The position numbers were made by a program, and so were the translations under genes. This document shows positions 1 through 9,259 of a stretch of DNA of 64,000 bases, in pieces. The notes under the pieces are model-generated. The model saw only the letters and a list, made by a program, of their open reading frames with translations. It made no database searches and was not told where the DNA came from. The first letter of the stretch is position 1. Each line of letters opens with the position of its first letter. The stretch comes from Paraglaciecola sp. (GTDB taxonomy: Bacteria; Pseudomonadota; Gammaproteobacteria; Enterobacterales; Alteromonadaceae), in contig NZ_JBPOFP010000004.1 in the NCBI RefSeq assembly GCF_051252315.1, positions 16,712 to 80,711 on the forward strand, given 5' to 3'.

Positions 1-460
1 CAACACGAGCTGCCCCAACTGGGCCATTAAAAGGCATACCAGAAACAGCAAGAGCGGCAGACGTACCGATAAGTGAAATAATGTCAGTTGGGATTTCTGG
101 GTTAGCAGAAACAACAGTCACAATAATTTGTACTTCGTTCATGAACCCATCTGGGAACAATGGACGAATTGGACGGTCAATCAAACGAGACGTTAATGTT
201 TCGTACTCAGAAGGACGGCCTTCACGTTTGAAAAAACCACCAGGTATTTTACCAGCAGCGTATGTACGCTCTTGATAGTTAACCGTTAATGGGAAGAAGT
301 CTTGACCAGGCTTAGTGTCTTTTTTACCAACAACAGAAACTAATACAGTTGTATCGTCCATGCTTGCTAAGACTGCAGCAGTTGCTTGACGAGCAATTAC
401 GCCGGTTTCAAGAGTAACAGTATGCTGACCATACTGAAAAGATTTAGTAATAGGAGTCAT
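1..460 (-). CDS. pnp: Polynucleotide phosphorylase, N-terminal part (runs off left edge)
   Basis: Manual translation from ATG at 460: [30 protein letters not shown]...[31 protein letters not shown]...[13 protein letters not shown], the PNPase signature region. SD AAGGA upstream. Not in the supplied ORF track. Confidence 0.97.
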   Translation of the reverse strand, partial: MTPITKSFQYGQHTVTLETGVIARQATAAVLASMDDTTVLVSVVGKKDTKPGQDFFPLTVNYQERTYAAGKIPGGFFKREGRPSEYETLTSRLIDRPIRPLFPDGFMNEVQIIVTVVSANPEIPTDIISLIGTSAALAVSGMPFNGPVGAARV

Positions 461-536
461 TTTTATCCTTTAAATTTATAATATCGAACAGCCCATATGG
501 AGCCGCTCATTTTGCTTTTTCTATATCGCTTTCAAA

Positions 537-552
537 TGCGGCGCATAGTATA
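537..552 (-). promoter_or_regulatory. Candidate sigma70 -10 element (TATACT) with GC-rich discriminator for pnp
   Basis: Minus strand reads TATACT-ATGCGCCGCA about 90 nt upstream of the pnp ATG. No clear -35 at 17-bp spacing. Confidence 0.5.
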
Positions 553-627
553 GCTGCTCATATCAAGTAAAAACAGCTATTTGAAAATATTCTAGTGACT
601 TTAACTCAGTTTTTGGTATTTACTTGA

Positions 628-869
628 TAATTAACCCGAAGTCTGGATAAGAAGCGTCGTTCCACTTTAAATTTTTAAATAAAATTCAAGGGCTTATCTA
701 TAAAAATACTTTTAGATATTAGTAGTAGATTATTCGATGACGAAATTTTTGTTCCTAACAAGGCGGTTTTTCGTACGTAATAGCGAGCTATTGCTAGGAA
801 AACCAACATAGTTAGGGGCAAAAAGAGCGTTATCGAGAGGCCCAGCTTATCCAGAGTTAGGGTTAATTA
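628..869. mobile_element. MITE-like non-autonomous element, 242 bp, with 24-bp terminal inverted repeats and an internal long hairpin
   Basis: Left end 628-651 TAATTAACCCGAAGTCTGGATAAG; reverse complement of right end 846-869 TAATTAACCCTAACTCTGGATAAG (22/24 identical). Both ends finish in TA. No ORF. Internal imperfect palindrome 734-836 centred on AATAGC-GA-GCTATT. Confidence 0.72.
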
Positions 870-963
870 CATCCTGTAACGTTTTAACTCAAGCTGTAAC
901 AGAATTATGTGACTAACTCGTTAAACTGCCTGCGATAATTTTATTAAGACGTTGAGATTACCG

Positions 964-1674
964 ATGACATACAAAACTTTTAGCCTTTTAGCCTTAACAA
1001 CCACCAGCTTATTTTCGTGTAACAATGATGAATTTACCCGCGACATTAGCCAACCTATTGAAATTGACTTTGCTCAATCAGATCGAGGCTTTACGCCACT
1101 ATTTTCTGACTACCCTCAAGGTGAAGAAGCATTTTATCAATTAGATGCAAGCCATCAAACACTACCTGAACCATTTGCAGAAAAAATGGGTTGGAAATTG
1201 ACAGGTAATAATCACTCTGATGATTTGTTAATGACAATATCTGCACCTATCGATTTATTACAAAGCAATACTATGTATACCGTTTCTTTGGCATTAGAAT
1301 TTTTAACTGACGTGCCCCAAAATTGTTTTGGAATCGGTGGTGCACCCGGTGAATCGGTTTACGTAAAACTAGGGGTGAGTGACACACAACCTTCGAATAC
1401 TCTAGACAATGACATGTATAGGATCACAACCGATTTGGGAAACCAATCTCAATCAGGTACCCAAGGTCAAACTGTTGGTGATATCAATAACGGTATTGAC
1501 TGTGAGGCAGAAAATGCTTTTTCTTACACAGCGAAAACAGTTCAAACTAGCCAAGCTATTAACGTTATGTCCGATGACAATGGGGTAATTTGGGTCATCG
1601 CCGGAACTGACTCTGGGTTTGAGGGTTACACCTCTATTTACCTTACAAAGTTGAATGTAACAATTAGCAAATGA
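964..1674 (+). CDS. Hypothetical lipoprotein
   Basis: 240-aa ORF; ATG at 964 gives MTYKTFSLLALTTTSLFS-C lipobox; soluble beta-rich mature part. Confidence 0.8.
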   Translation: MTYKTFSLLALTTTSLFSCNNDEFTRDISQPIEIDFAQSDRGFTPLFSDYPQGEEAFYQLDASHQTLPEPFAEKMGWKLTGNNHSDDLLMTISAPIDLLQSNTMYTVSLALEFLTDVPQNCFGIGGAPGESVYVKLGVSDTQPSNTLDNDMYRITTDLGNQSQSGTQGQTVGDINNGIDCEAENAFSYTAKTVQTSQAINVMSDDNGVIWVIAGTDSGFEGYTSIYLTKLNVTISK

Positions 1675-1683
1675 TCTTAATGG

Positions 1684-1716
1684 TACAGGTAAGAAAAGGA
1701 TATACACTTACCTGTA
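1684..1716 (+). terminator. Hairpin / probable terminator after the lipoprotein gene
   Basis: TACAGGTAAG ... CTTACCTGTA, 10-bp perfect stem; weak U-tract. Confidence 0.45.
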
Positions 1717-1873
1717 TCTGCTGACGTAAGCGTTCCCAGTAGTTAACCTACATGACCACAGCACTTGAATATCACTTAATTTTAATAACCTCCAGATTCC
1801 TAGAGAAACAAAAAAGTCTGTGTTAAATTAAATACTTAAGACTTATTGCATGGTTGATGAAAGGGAATAAATA

Positions 1874-4774
1874 GTGGCGTCAAAGGACTCAAAAATTGAT
1901 GAGCTACAACGAGAACTGGCACTCACTCGGGTCGAGTTTTCAAGTCGTTTGCATAAATTGGAGCAAAAAATTGTTTCACTTAAAAACGATGCAGATTCAA
2001 CTCATCATGAGCACGTAGAATTAAGCGAAGAATCACAAACTACGCAGCCGTCGGCTAATTATTCGCAGCAGGAGCTAAAACCAGAAGTTCAATTAGCAAC
2101 TTTTATACAAACCGACAAACAAGAAAAAGCTAAACCAGAATCCAAACCTTCTTTTGCAAGGACGCTTTTAAAAGAGTTCAGCCAACACCTGATAAACCTT
2201 TCTTCCCCCCTCACAAAATTTATTTCTCCTGCAGTTAGCCTATATCAGCATTATCAAGCTAAAGGGCAAGGCCCAATATTTGTGTTTATGCTAATCGGCA
2301 TTACCCTTTTAGTCGCTGGTTTTGGTTATTTGGCACAGCTGCTGGTAGGAGAATTAGGCGCTGGAAGCAAATCGTTATTATTATTTATTATTGCTATTGG
2401 TGTCACATATGGCGGTGTACTTTTAGCCAATAGAGTCAAATATGCTGAAATATCTTCAGCCATTATTAGCTTGGGGTTATTACTCAATTTTGTAACGGTT
2501 TATATGGCTGGCAGCTATTATCAATTATTACCCGATTGGGCAGTATTATCGGGTTATTTAATCATAGCAGCAGCCTGTTTTTGGTTGTCGAATAAGTTTA
2601 ATGCAAAAGTATTAAGTGTTATCGCCGTAATAGGTGGGGCTGCAGTTCCACTTATATCTCAATTAGACCCATCCGGCACAAGCCTCTATTTACTAGGTTT
2701 AGGTTTTATCATTATGGCCAGCTTGTACCAAGCCAATGATAAAAACTGGCCTTGGCTGGGTATTATTAGCGTCTTTGTCACCTATAGCTGTTTAGAATTT
2801 TTATTACTTTCAATGTCAGTGAATCAACTTATTGCCTATTTTTCTCAAGGGTATTACTGCCTATTTTTGTTTTACTTATGTCGCTTTCTTAACTCTACCC
2901 ATCAAATTTCAAAAAGCATCATCACTTTATCGGTGATGATCTTATTTGCCAGTATTGGGGTATTTTACCAAAGTGAAGTAACAATCACTTGGTTAGTGCC
3001 GCTTTTTGCTTTTGTGAATGGGGCATTAAGTAGTTACTTAGTTTTCAAGACCAAAAAGCAAGATGGTTTATCTCTTAGTTCACACGCTTGTAGTTTACAC
3101 TCCTTGTTTGCGAGCACTTGGTTATTAGTCGCGATTGTAAGCAGCCTAGCCCCCGATTACTGGGGATTTGCCATTGGTGTTGAAGGCTTATTTATTTTGT
3201 ATTTTGCCCTAAAACAAAACTACCTATCTGTGCGAATTGAAGCTTATGCCTTGTTAGCTTTTGCGATTTTACATGCCGTTTTTGCAGTATTCCCCTATTT
3301 CCCTGACCCCGCCTTATCAAGCCTAAAAGGCAATCTAGTGGTAGCCAGTATTGGCGCCATAATATTTGCAGCTAGAAAACTCTTTAGCCACTATGCAGAT
3401 GTCATTAATTGGCAGTGGAAATGGGAGCAGCAACTTCATCGCGCTCTCAGGCCTGTAGAGTCAGTTTGGTTAGGTTTGTTTATCTTAACGCTACTTTGGG
3501 TTCAATTAGGTGTGTGGATGGCAATAGCGGTCTTACCATTACAAATTTGGTTATTAACCAAAACCTACAGAGCACAATGTAAAACCTCAGAAATAGTGAC
3601 TTATTTGGCAAGTGCCGTTGCCGTCGGAATTTGTATTTTAGGGATCAATGAAGTGCAGTCACTCTCTTTTAGAGACCTACCTAATTACGCCAAAGCTGCT
3701 TTGATTTTTGTGTTTGCAGAGTCTTGGTTATTTGCTGAGTATTATCGTCGAACTAATCAAACAGGACATTTAGCAAAACTAGCCGAAGCACTCAGGTTAA
3801 CCTTTTACCTAGTTTTACCTCTAACCTTTTTGCCTTCTGCAATTAAACACTACAACGAATTTTCGGCCATCGCTTTTTGGGCTTCTGCGTCAATAGCTTA
3901 CCTGTTAGGCCGTGCAATCAAACATGCATTTATCAGAACCGAGTCACTCATAATATTTGCCATTGCCGCTGTTTATAATCTTGCGTTCACCATAGATAAT
4001 TATCACCACCAAGCTTTAATTTGTTCCATTGCGAACCTGATCGGGTTAGGAATATTCAGCTATTTCTTGATTAACACCCATAAACAACATGCGCCGCTTT
4101 TAAACAAAAAAATAGCCTCTATAGGTTTATATTATCTGGCTGGTTGTATAGCTATCTACATGCAGGAATGGACAAGTTTTGTTTGGGCCGGTATTTTGAC
4201 CAGTGTTTATATATTTGCAATGGTCTTAAGTGCGCAGCATAACAAAATATTGTTCAGAAACCGCCGCATATTAGGATACTTAAGTATATGTAGTATTCTA
4301 CTTTCCTGGCTGTTGATGGCTATTACTGGCAGCGCACATATTATTAGCAGTAGCATTTGGTTATCCTTAAGCATGGTAATACCTCTAACCTTCTTGCTTA
4401 AGACTCACAGCTTAAACCTACTTGATTTATGGTTAATTAACCACAACAAAACCGGCTATACACTGCTACATGTATTGTTATCTGCCAGCGGCATGCTTTT
4501 ACTCAACGAGTGGAAATTAACTTTGTTAATAACACCTTGGCTAATACTGCATGGTAGTTACTTATTCTTTACTCATAAAAACAGTAAATTCATTGCAAAA
4601 CTAGCATTAACTTTCATGGCATTGGGTTTAGCCAAGTTAGGCTTAATCGATGCAGCAAACGCCATATTATGGCAAAAGGTAGCCCTGATGATTGGGATTG
4701 GATTGTTTATGTTAGCCGCTGCTTTTATGTATCAAAAACGTATCAACCAAACTGATAAAAGCGTAAAAATTTAA
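1874..4774 (+). CDS. Large polytopic membrane protein (DUF2339-like)
   Basis: 966 aa; N-terminal coiled-coil and polar linker followed by more than 20 hydrophobic segments, the layout of DUF2339 predicted membrane proteins. Confidence 0.7.
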   Translation: MASKDSKIDELQRELALTRVEFSSRLHKLEQKIVSLKNDADSTHHEHVELSEESQTTQPSANYSQQELKPEVQLATFIQTDKQEKAKPESKPSFARTLLKEFSQHLINLSSPLTKFISPAVSLYQHYQAKGQGPIFVFMLIGITLLVAGFGYLAQLLVGELGAGSKSLLLFIIAIGVTYGGVLLANRVKYAEISSAIISLGLLLNFVTVYMAGSYYQLLPDWAVLSGYLIIAAACFWLSNKFNAKVLSVIAVIGGAAVPLISQLDPSGTSLYLLGLGFIIMASLYQANDKNWPWLGIISVFVTYSCLEFLLLSMSVNQLIAYFSQGYYCLFLFYLCRFLNSTHQISKSIITLSVMILFASIGVFYQSEVTITWLVPLFAFVNGALSSYLVFKTKKQDGLSLSSHACSLHSLFASTWLLVAIVSSLAPDYWGFAIGVEGLFILYFALKQNYLSVRIEAYALLAFAILHAVFAVFPYFPDPALSSLKGNLVVASIGAIIFAARKLFSHYADVINWQWKWEQQLHRALRPVESVWLGLFILTLLWVQLGVWMAIAVLPLQIWLLTKTYRAQCKTSEIVTYLASAVAVGICILGINEVQSLSFRDLPNYAKAALIFVFAESWLFAEYYRRTNQTGHLAKLAEALRLTFYLVLPLTFLPSAIKHYNEFSAIAFWASASIAYLLGRAIKHAFIRTESLIIFAIAAVYNLAFTIDNYHHQALICSIANLIGLGIFSYFLINTHKQHAPLLNKKIASIGLYYLAGCIAIYMQEWTSFVWAGILTSVYIFAMVLSAQHNKILFRNRRILGYLSICSILLSWLLMAITGSAHIISSSIWLSLSMVIPLTFLLKTHSLNLLDLWLINHNKTGYTLLHVLLSASGMLLLNEWKLTLLITPWLILHGSYLFFTHKNSKFIAKLALTFMALGLAKLGLIDAANAILWQKVALMIGIGLFMLAAAFMYQKRINQTDKSVKI

Positions 4775-4873
4775 AAATAGATCCAGATAAACCACAAACA
4801 TCATACGTTTGTTTTTTTGGCATGTTTGTGTGATATGCTAACTATACCTTTTATCACGTCAGTAAAAAGCTAA

Positions 4874-5851
4874 ATGAACAATCTATTAAACATGCATTGC
4901 ATAATTAAACTAACAGCCTGTGCAGGCTTAATTCTATTAGCCTCTGCTACCTTTGCCTCAGTGCAACCTTTAAATGCTAGCGAAGATGAAACCTGGCTGA
5001 TTGATAAAGGTCGCTCCGATGAGTTTAATGGGCCATTTCTTGACTATGACAAATGGATCAAAAACCCCAAACATGTACAAACTTGGAGTTGGGATAATGA
5101 CAACAATGCTAGCACTAAAGATGGCAATTTAGTCATTCAGATGGTGTATAACCCCCACTCTCGAAATATCAGCAATGCCTGTTCACAAGGCCAATCTATT
5201 CCCAATTCATCCTTATATTTTAAATCAGCCATGTTGCAAAGTATCGCTGCTGGCACTACTGGTTATTACGAAGCTCGTATTTTAGGCTCAAAGGTGTTTC
5301 CTGGGTTTTCTCCAGCATTTTGGATGTATAGCAACTTTGACGACAACCAATTACAAGAAGGGTCGGTAAGATACAGTGAGATCGATGTAGTTGAAATGCA
5401 ACAAAGACAAAACTTTAAACCGGGAAACGAAAACATTACCGACCATAACTTACATACAGCCTTAACTAAAAAGGATGCAAAAGCCAACTCAACAAGCCGA
5501 GCTTGGCGCAGACCAGGCAAGTATCATGAACAAGAAAACGTCAATGTACTCACTAAGGATCCAGGTAAACAGTTCCATATTTATGGTGCTAAAGTAACTG
5601 AACAAGAAATCATCTGGTATGTGGATAAAAAAGAAGTAGGCCGAGCTAAAAATAACTATTGGAAACAACGACCTATGCAAGTTGCCCTATCCCTTGGCCT
5701 TAGAAAACCTTACACAGATTTTAAATGTAATGGTTTTATTCCTCTTGATCCTCTAACTCACATTGAAGGTTTTGATCCTAAATCATTCAATCAAGCTCCG
5801 CCTAGCATGACTGTAGATTACGTTAGAGTGTGGACTATTAAATCAAACTAA
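4874..5851 (+). CDS. cgkA: Secreted GH16 glycoside hydrolase, kappa-carrageenase-like
   Basis: Signal peptide; catalytic motif YSEIDVVE (EIDVVE at 5378-5395); FHIYG, IIWYVD, PMQVALSLGLRKP and MTVDYVRVW segments resemble the Pseudoalteromonas kappa-carrageenase as I recall it. Confidence 0.85.
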   Translation: MNNLLNMHCIIKLTACAGLILLASATFASVQPLNASEDETWLIDKGRSDEFNGPFLDYDKWIKNPKHVQTWSWDNDNNASTKDGNLVIQMVYNPHSRNISNACSQGQSIPNSSLYFKSAMLQSIAAGTTGYYEARILGSKVFPGFSPAFWMYSNFDDNQLQEGSVRYSEIDVVEMQQRQNFKPGNENITDHNLHTALTKKDAKANSTSRAWRRPGKYHEQENVNVLTKDPGKQFHIYGAKVTEQEIIWYVDKKEVGRAKNNYWKQRPMQVALSLGLRKPYTDFKCNGFIPLDPLTHIEGFDPKSFNQAPPSMTVDYVRVWTIKSN

Positions 5852-5891
5852 TATTGATAACACCATCAATGATAAAAATACTTTAAATAGT

Positions 5892-6686
5892 TTACTCGGC
5901 TGCTTTAACAACTCTATAGTTGTCGAGTATTTTTTGGTATTCGCCCGTTTGATGCAATTGAGTGATACAAGAATCCATATTAGTCAGGAACTTGGGGATA
6001 TTGTCTATATTTTTAGAGCTATTTGATACCGTGACAAAATACTCTTTGTAAGCAATCGTATACTCCAATACCTCTATTTTTTCACTGAGACCTAAGGTTT
6101 TAGCCCGCCAATAAAACGTATCTTTTGAATCGGCCATAATATCAAATCGTGGATTGCGACTTAACATTTGAGCGAACATAGAATTAATACTATACCCGTC
6201 AGTCACTTCACCTAATTGACGCTTTTTTTCAATAATGGCCATCAATTCTGGGGTGTATGATAAACCGGCTAGCAGGCCAATCACGTGAGGTGCCAAATCA
6301 TCCAATGAATTCACTTTAATATCGCTGTCAGCACGCACTGCAAAACCGTACTCAGTGCGGAAAATAGGAACCTTACCGTAACTAAGAAAGGTTTCACGTT
6401 CCTTTTTATAACTGAATATACTGACATCTAAACGGCCATTCTTCATGTACAAAGGTGTACGTTTGATTGGAAGGGGGACATAAGTCATTTGGTAATTTGT
6501 CTCTGCCAAACAAGTATTCAGCACCTCTTTACCTATGCCAACATACTGGCTGTTTTGTTCTGGAAACAAATAAGGTGGCCAATCGATATCGTTCAATGTA
6601 ATGGTATTGGCATTAACTATTCGCGGCATTAACAATGATGTTAAGAAAGTAAATATTTGAAAAACTACACAAAGTCGATGAATCAT
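5892..6686 (-). CDS. Orphan periplasmic substrate-binding protein (SBP_bac_3-like)
   Basis: DWPPYLF, PIKRT, G+DL, YSPE-type motifs and C-terminal GEYQKILDNY. Start chosen at ATG 6686 to include a signal peptide. Confidence 0.8.
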   Translation of the reverse strand: MIHRLCVVFQIFTFLTSLLMPRIVNANTITLNDIDWPPYLFPEQNSQYVGIGKEVLNTCLAETNYQMTYVPLPIKRTPLYMKNGRLDVSIFSYKKERETFLSYGKVPIFRTEYGFAVRADSDIKVNSLDDLAPHVIGLLAGLSYTPELMAIIEKKRQLGEVTDGYSINSMFAQMLSRNPRFDIMADSKDTFYWRAKTLGLSEKIEVLEYTIAYKEYFVTVSNSSKNIDNIPKFLTNMDSCITQLHQTGEYQKILDNYRVVKAAE

Positions 6687-6857
6687 TTGCAAACTTACCA
6701 AAAAACAAACAGGTCAAATACACATTAGTCTTCCACTGGATTGATTTCAATCTTAAATCTCTGATTTATGCGTTTCATCAAAACAACTCGGTCAAGAACT
6801 CCATTGGTCGTTTAAGCTCTTTAAAATTTAGAAGCGAATCAATTGCTAAAAACAAAA

Positions 6858-6879
6858 AACGGTCTCATAAGAGACCGTT
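6858..6879 (-). terminator. Rho-independent terminator of the beta-helix lipoprotein gene
   Basis: AACGGTCTC-ATAA-GAGACCGTT stem followed by a T-run on the minus strand. Confidence 0.75.
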
Positions 6880-6914
6880 AATATCTTTATTTTAGAATAA
6901 TAACCGTCAGGTTT

Positions 6915-9194
6915 TTATTCTTCATCCTCGATAGCATTCACACCCGCAGTCCATTGTACGCCACCTCTTTCGTAGGCGCCTACATCGGCAGCTGATCCTG
7001 AAGTTGTTTTTGGAAAATCTGAAATACCTATACCTTGATCAATAAGCACAGAATCGGGTTTTGGCATAAAGTTTAAGCCTTCAGCATCCATAAAGGGGGA
7101 GCTTTCATCAATAATATTGCCTTCTAAATCAAAAGCTGCATCTTGTATCCAGTCGCCAACACTAGAGTAATTATTCCACACTCTATTATCGCCTTGATCT
7201 CGGCCATTTACCCAAGTACCCATAGCTTCTCCTGGATTCCAAAGGGTATTGTGATACATGTAATTATCAAAGTTCGCCCAGTTTAGTTGCAGACCTGTCC
7301 ATGTAATATTCCACACAACGTTATGGTGAACTAAATAACCTTTACTATCGTTATCTAAATATATACCTGCTGCTCTTCCATCTGCATACTCTGGCCCGTG
7401 AAAATCATGAAACCAATTATGATGAATTTCGGTATTTTTAGGTAAGTCATTACCAACTGTATAAAACACGCCGCCATCGTTGTTAATCAACATTCCCTGG
7501 GACACATCATTGTAGGCAATTTCGCAATCAGTGCCGAAATTAGAGATACCATCTCGACCAACATGAGAAATAGTATTTTTCTGAATTATCACCCCTACAC
7601 CACCAGCACGAACACCAGAAGAATGGATCCCCATAGTGTTAAAATAGCGGATAAAATTATTTTCTATCAAGCTACCATCACCACGGCCCCCCCAAGCTAA
7701 CACTCGTACTCCATTGTTCGATCCATACTCAATTCGATTACCGCTAATAGTCCCGTGATGACCATTGATTACTACTGCACCATCATTGACTTGAGCGTTA
7801 TTATTGTCTAATTCATCTAAACGTTGAGAGCCATGTAAAACCACAGAGTCTTGCAGAGTATTGTAATTACCATTTAAACGGACACTTCCACCAAAGGTTT
7901 CAATAGCTTGCACATTCACGTAACTTGCATTGACTTCAACTGCACTTTCTCGCACGGCAACTTCAACGGTATTATCTTCTGGCGTAACACCTTCTGGGGC
8001 ATACAGATAAAGTGTCTGAGTATTGTTGTCGTAGAACCATTCTCTTTCGTGATCTAGTAAACTTAAACGACCAAACACAAATATACGGCCATAGTTTTCA
8101 TTTCTGAGTAAGCCTGGATTGTGAGGGTTAAAAGGCCACCTGTTTACATCAATTGATTCATAAGTAATTGTGCCAGCGGTGTATTGAGTGATTGGGCGAG
8201 TCCAACTGGTACCCGAATGAGCGCCTAAATACCATACATAACCACCAGCCAAATCATCTGGTAAACCTGTGGCATTAATAGTTGAACCATCACCGCCTGT
8301 TATTGGGTGTGCGTCAACCGTATGACGGTTATTATCTTCATTATTTGGCCAACGAGCCAAATCCATAATATTTCCGTCGTAATACACTTGGTTAAAACTA
8401 TCCCCTAAGGTTAATTCTACTTGAGCTTTATATATATTTCCGTCATGCAACTGCCAGTTGTTTACATATTGAGTAGCAGCTATTTGAACTTTCTCTCCGT
8501 TAGCCCCTTTTACAACAACTGGAGATGACTCCGTTCCAGAAACCGTGATATCAAGCTTTTCTGAGTATCTGCCGCCTTTAATCACCAAGGTATCGCCAGC
8601 TGACAAAGCAGTCATAGCTTTTGCAAAGGTTTTAAAAGGTTGCGTACTTGAACCATTATTATCATCGTTACCATCTAACGCGACGTAAAAAGCATCTTCT
8701 GGAGCATCAGCCGGACATCCAGCGTTATCGAGAAGGCCTTTTTCATCCACACATTGATCGTCAACATCTGCAACGCCATCAAAATCAGAGTCTTTAGGAG
8801 TAGGACAACCATTAAAAGATTCATATCCTTTATCGTCTATACACTCATCTACAGCATCGGCAATACCGTCTTTGTCTGTGTCGGCAGTGGTAGCGGGTGC
8901 TGGGCAACCGTTATTAGCGGCGGTACCAGATTCATTTGGGCAATCATCGTCTGCATCCACAATGCCGTCAGAATCAGCATCAGGTTCTGGCTCTGGAGCT
9001 GGCTCTGGGCAGCCATTATTGGTGGATGGACCCACTTCAGTTGGACACTGGTCTACATTATCTTTAACACCGTCGTTGTCAGAGTCTTTTTCGACTACAA
9101 CAGGGGGCTCAGGTGTTGACCCTCCGCCGCCTCCACAAGCAGAAAAAAGGATAAAACATGAAAGGCATATTAAAATATTTTTATAAAAGTACAT
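6915..9194 (-). CDS. Lipoprotein with four TSP3-like Asp/Cys repeats and a right-handed parallel beta-helix domain (putative carbohydrate-active enzyme)
   Basis: MYFYKNILICLSCFILFSA-C lipobox from ATG 9194; four D.D.DG..D..D.C...G.....GCP repeats; YVALDGNDDNNGS..PFKT start of a beta-helix; ARWPN, DGGVFYT and GIYLDNDS motifs; many Asn-ladder turns. Confidence 0.8.
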   Translation of the reverse strand: MYFYKNILICLSCFILFSACGGGGGSTPEPPVVVEKDSDNDGVKDNVDQCPTEVGPSTNNGCPEPAPEPEPDADSDGIVDADDDCPNESGTAANNGCPAPATTADTDKDGIADAVDECIDDKGYESFNGCPTPKDSDFDGVADVDDQCVDEKGLLDNAGCPADAPEDAFYVALDGNDDNNGSSTQPFKTFAKAMTALSAGDTLVIKGGRYSEKLDITVSGTESSPVVVKGANGEKVQIAATQYVNNWQLHDGNIYKAQVELTLGDSFNQVYYDGNIMDLARWPNNEDNNRHTVDAHPITGGDGSTINATGLPDDLAGGYVWYLGAHSGTSWTRPITQYTAGTITYESIDVNRWPFNPHNPGLLRNENYGRIFVFGRLSLLDHEREWFYDNNTQTLYLYAPEGVTPEDNTVEVAVRESAVEVNASYVNVQAIETFGGSVRLNGNYNTLQDSVVLHGSQRLDELDNNNAQVNDGAVVINGHHGTISGNRIEYGSNNGVRVLAWGGRGDGSLIENNFIRYFNTMGIHSSGVRAGGVGVIIQKNTISHVGRDGISNFGTDCEIAYNDVSQGMLINNDGGVFYTVGNDLPKNTEIHHNWFHDFHGPEYADGRAAGIYLDNDSKGYLVHHNVVWNITWTGLQLNWANFDNYMYHNTLWNPGEAMGTWVNGRDQGDNRVWNNYSSVGDWIQDAAFDLEGNIIDESSPFMDAEGLNFMPKPDSVLIDQGIGISDFPKTTSGSAADVGAYERGGVQWTAGVNAIEDEE

Positions 9195-9259
9195 GAAGGA
9201 CAACTCTAATGGCGAAAACCAAACAACAAAATGTTTCAACATGATAACTAAAGGAAAAT

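Noticed and set aside
81-275. 64-aa plus-strand ORF
   Set aside because: Antisense shadow of pnp, which occupies 1-460 on the minus strand.
8754-9186. Two plus-strand ORFs (121 and 104 aa) with Gly/Ser/Pro-rich text
   Set aside because: Shadows of the repeat and linker region of the beta-helix lipoprotein; no SD and no independent motifs.
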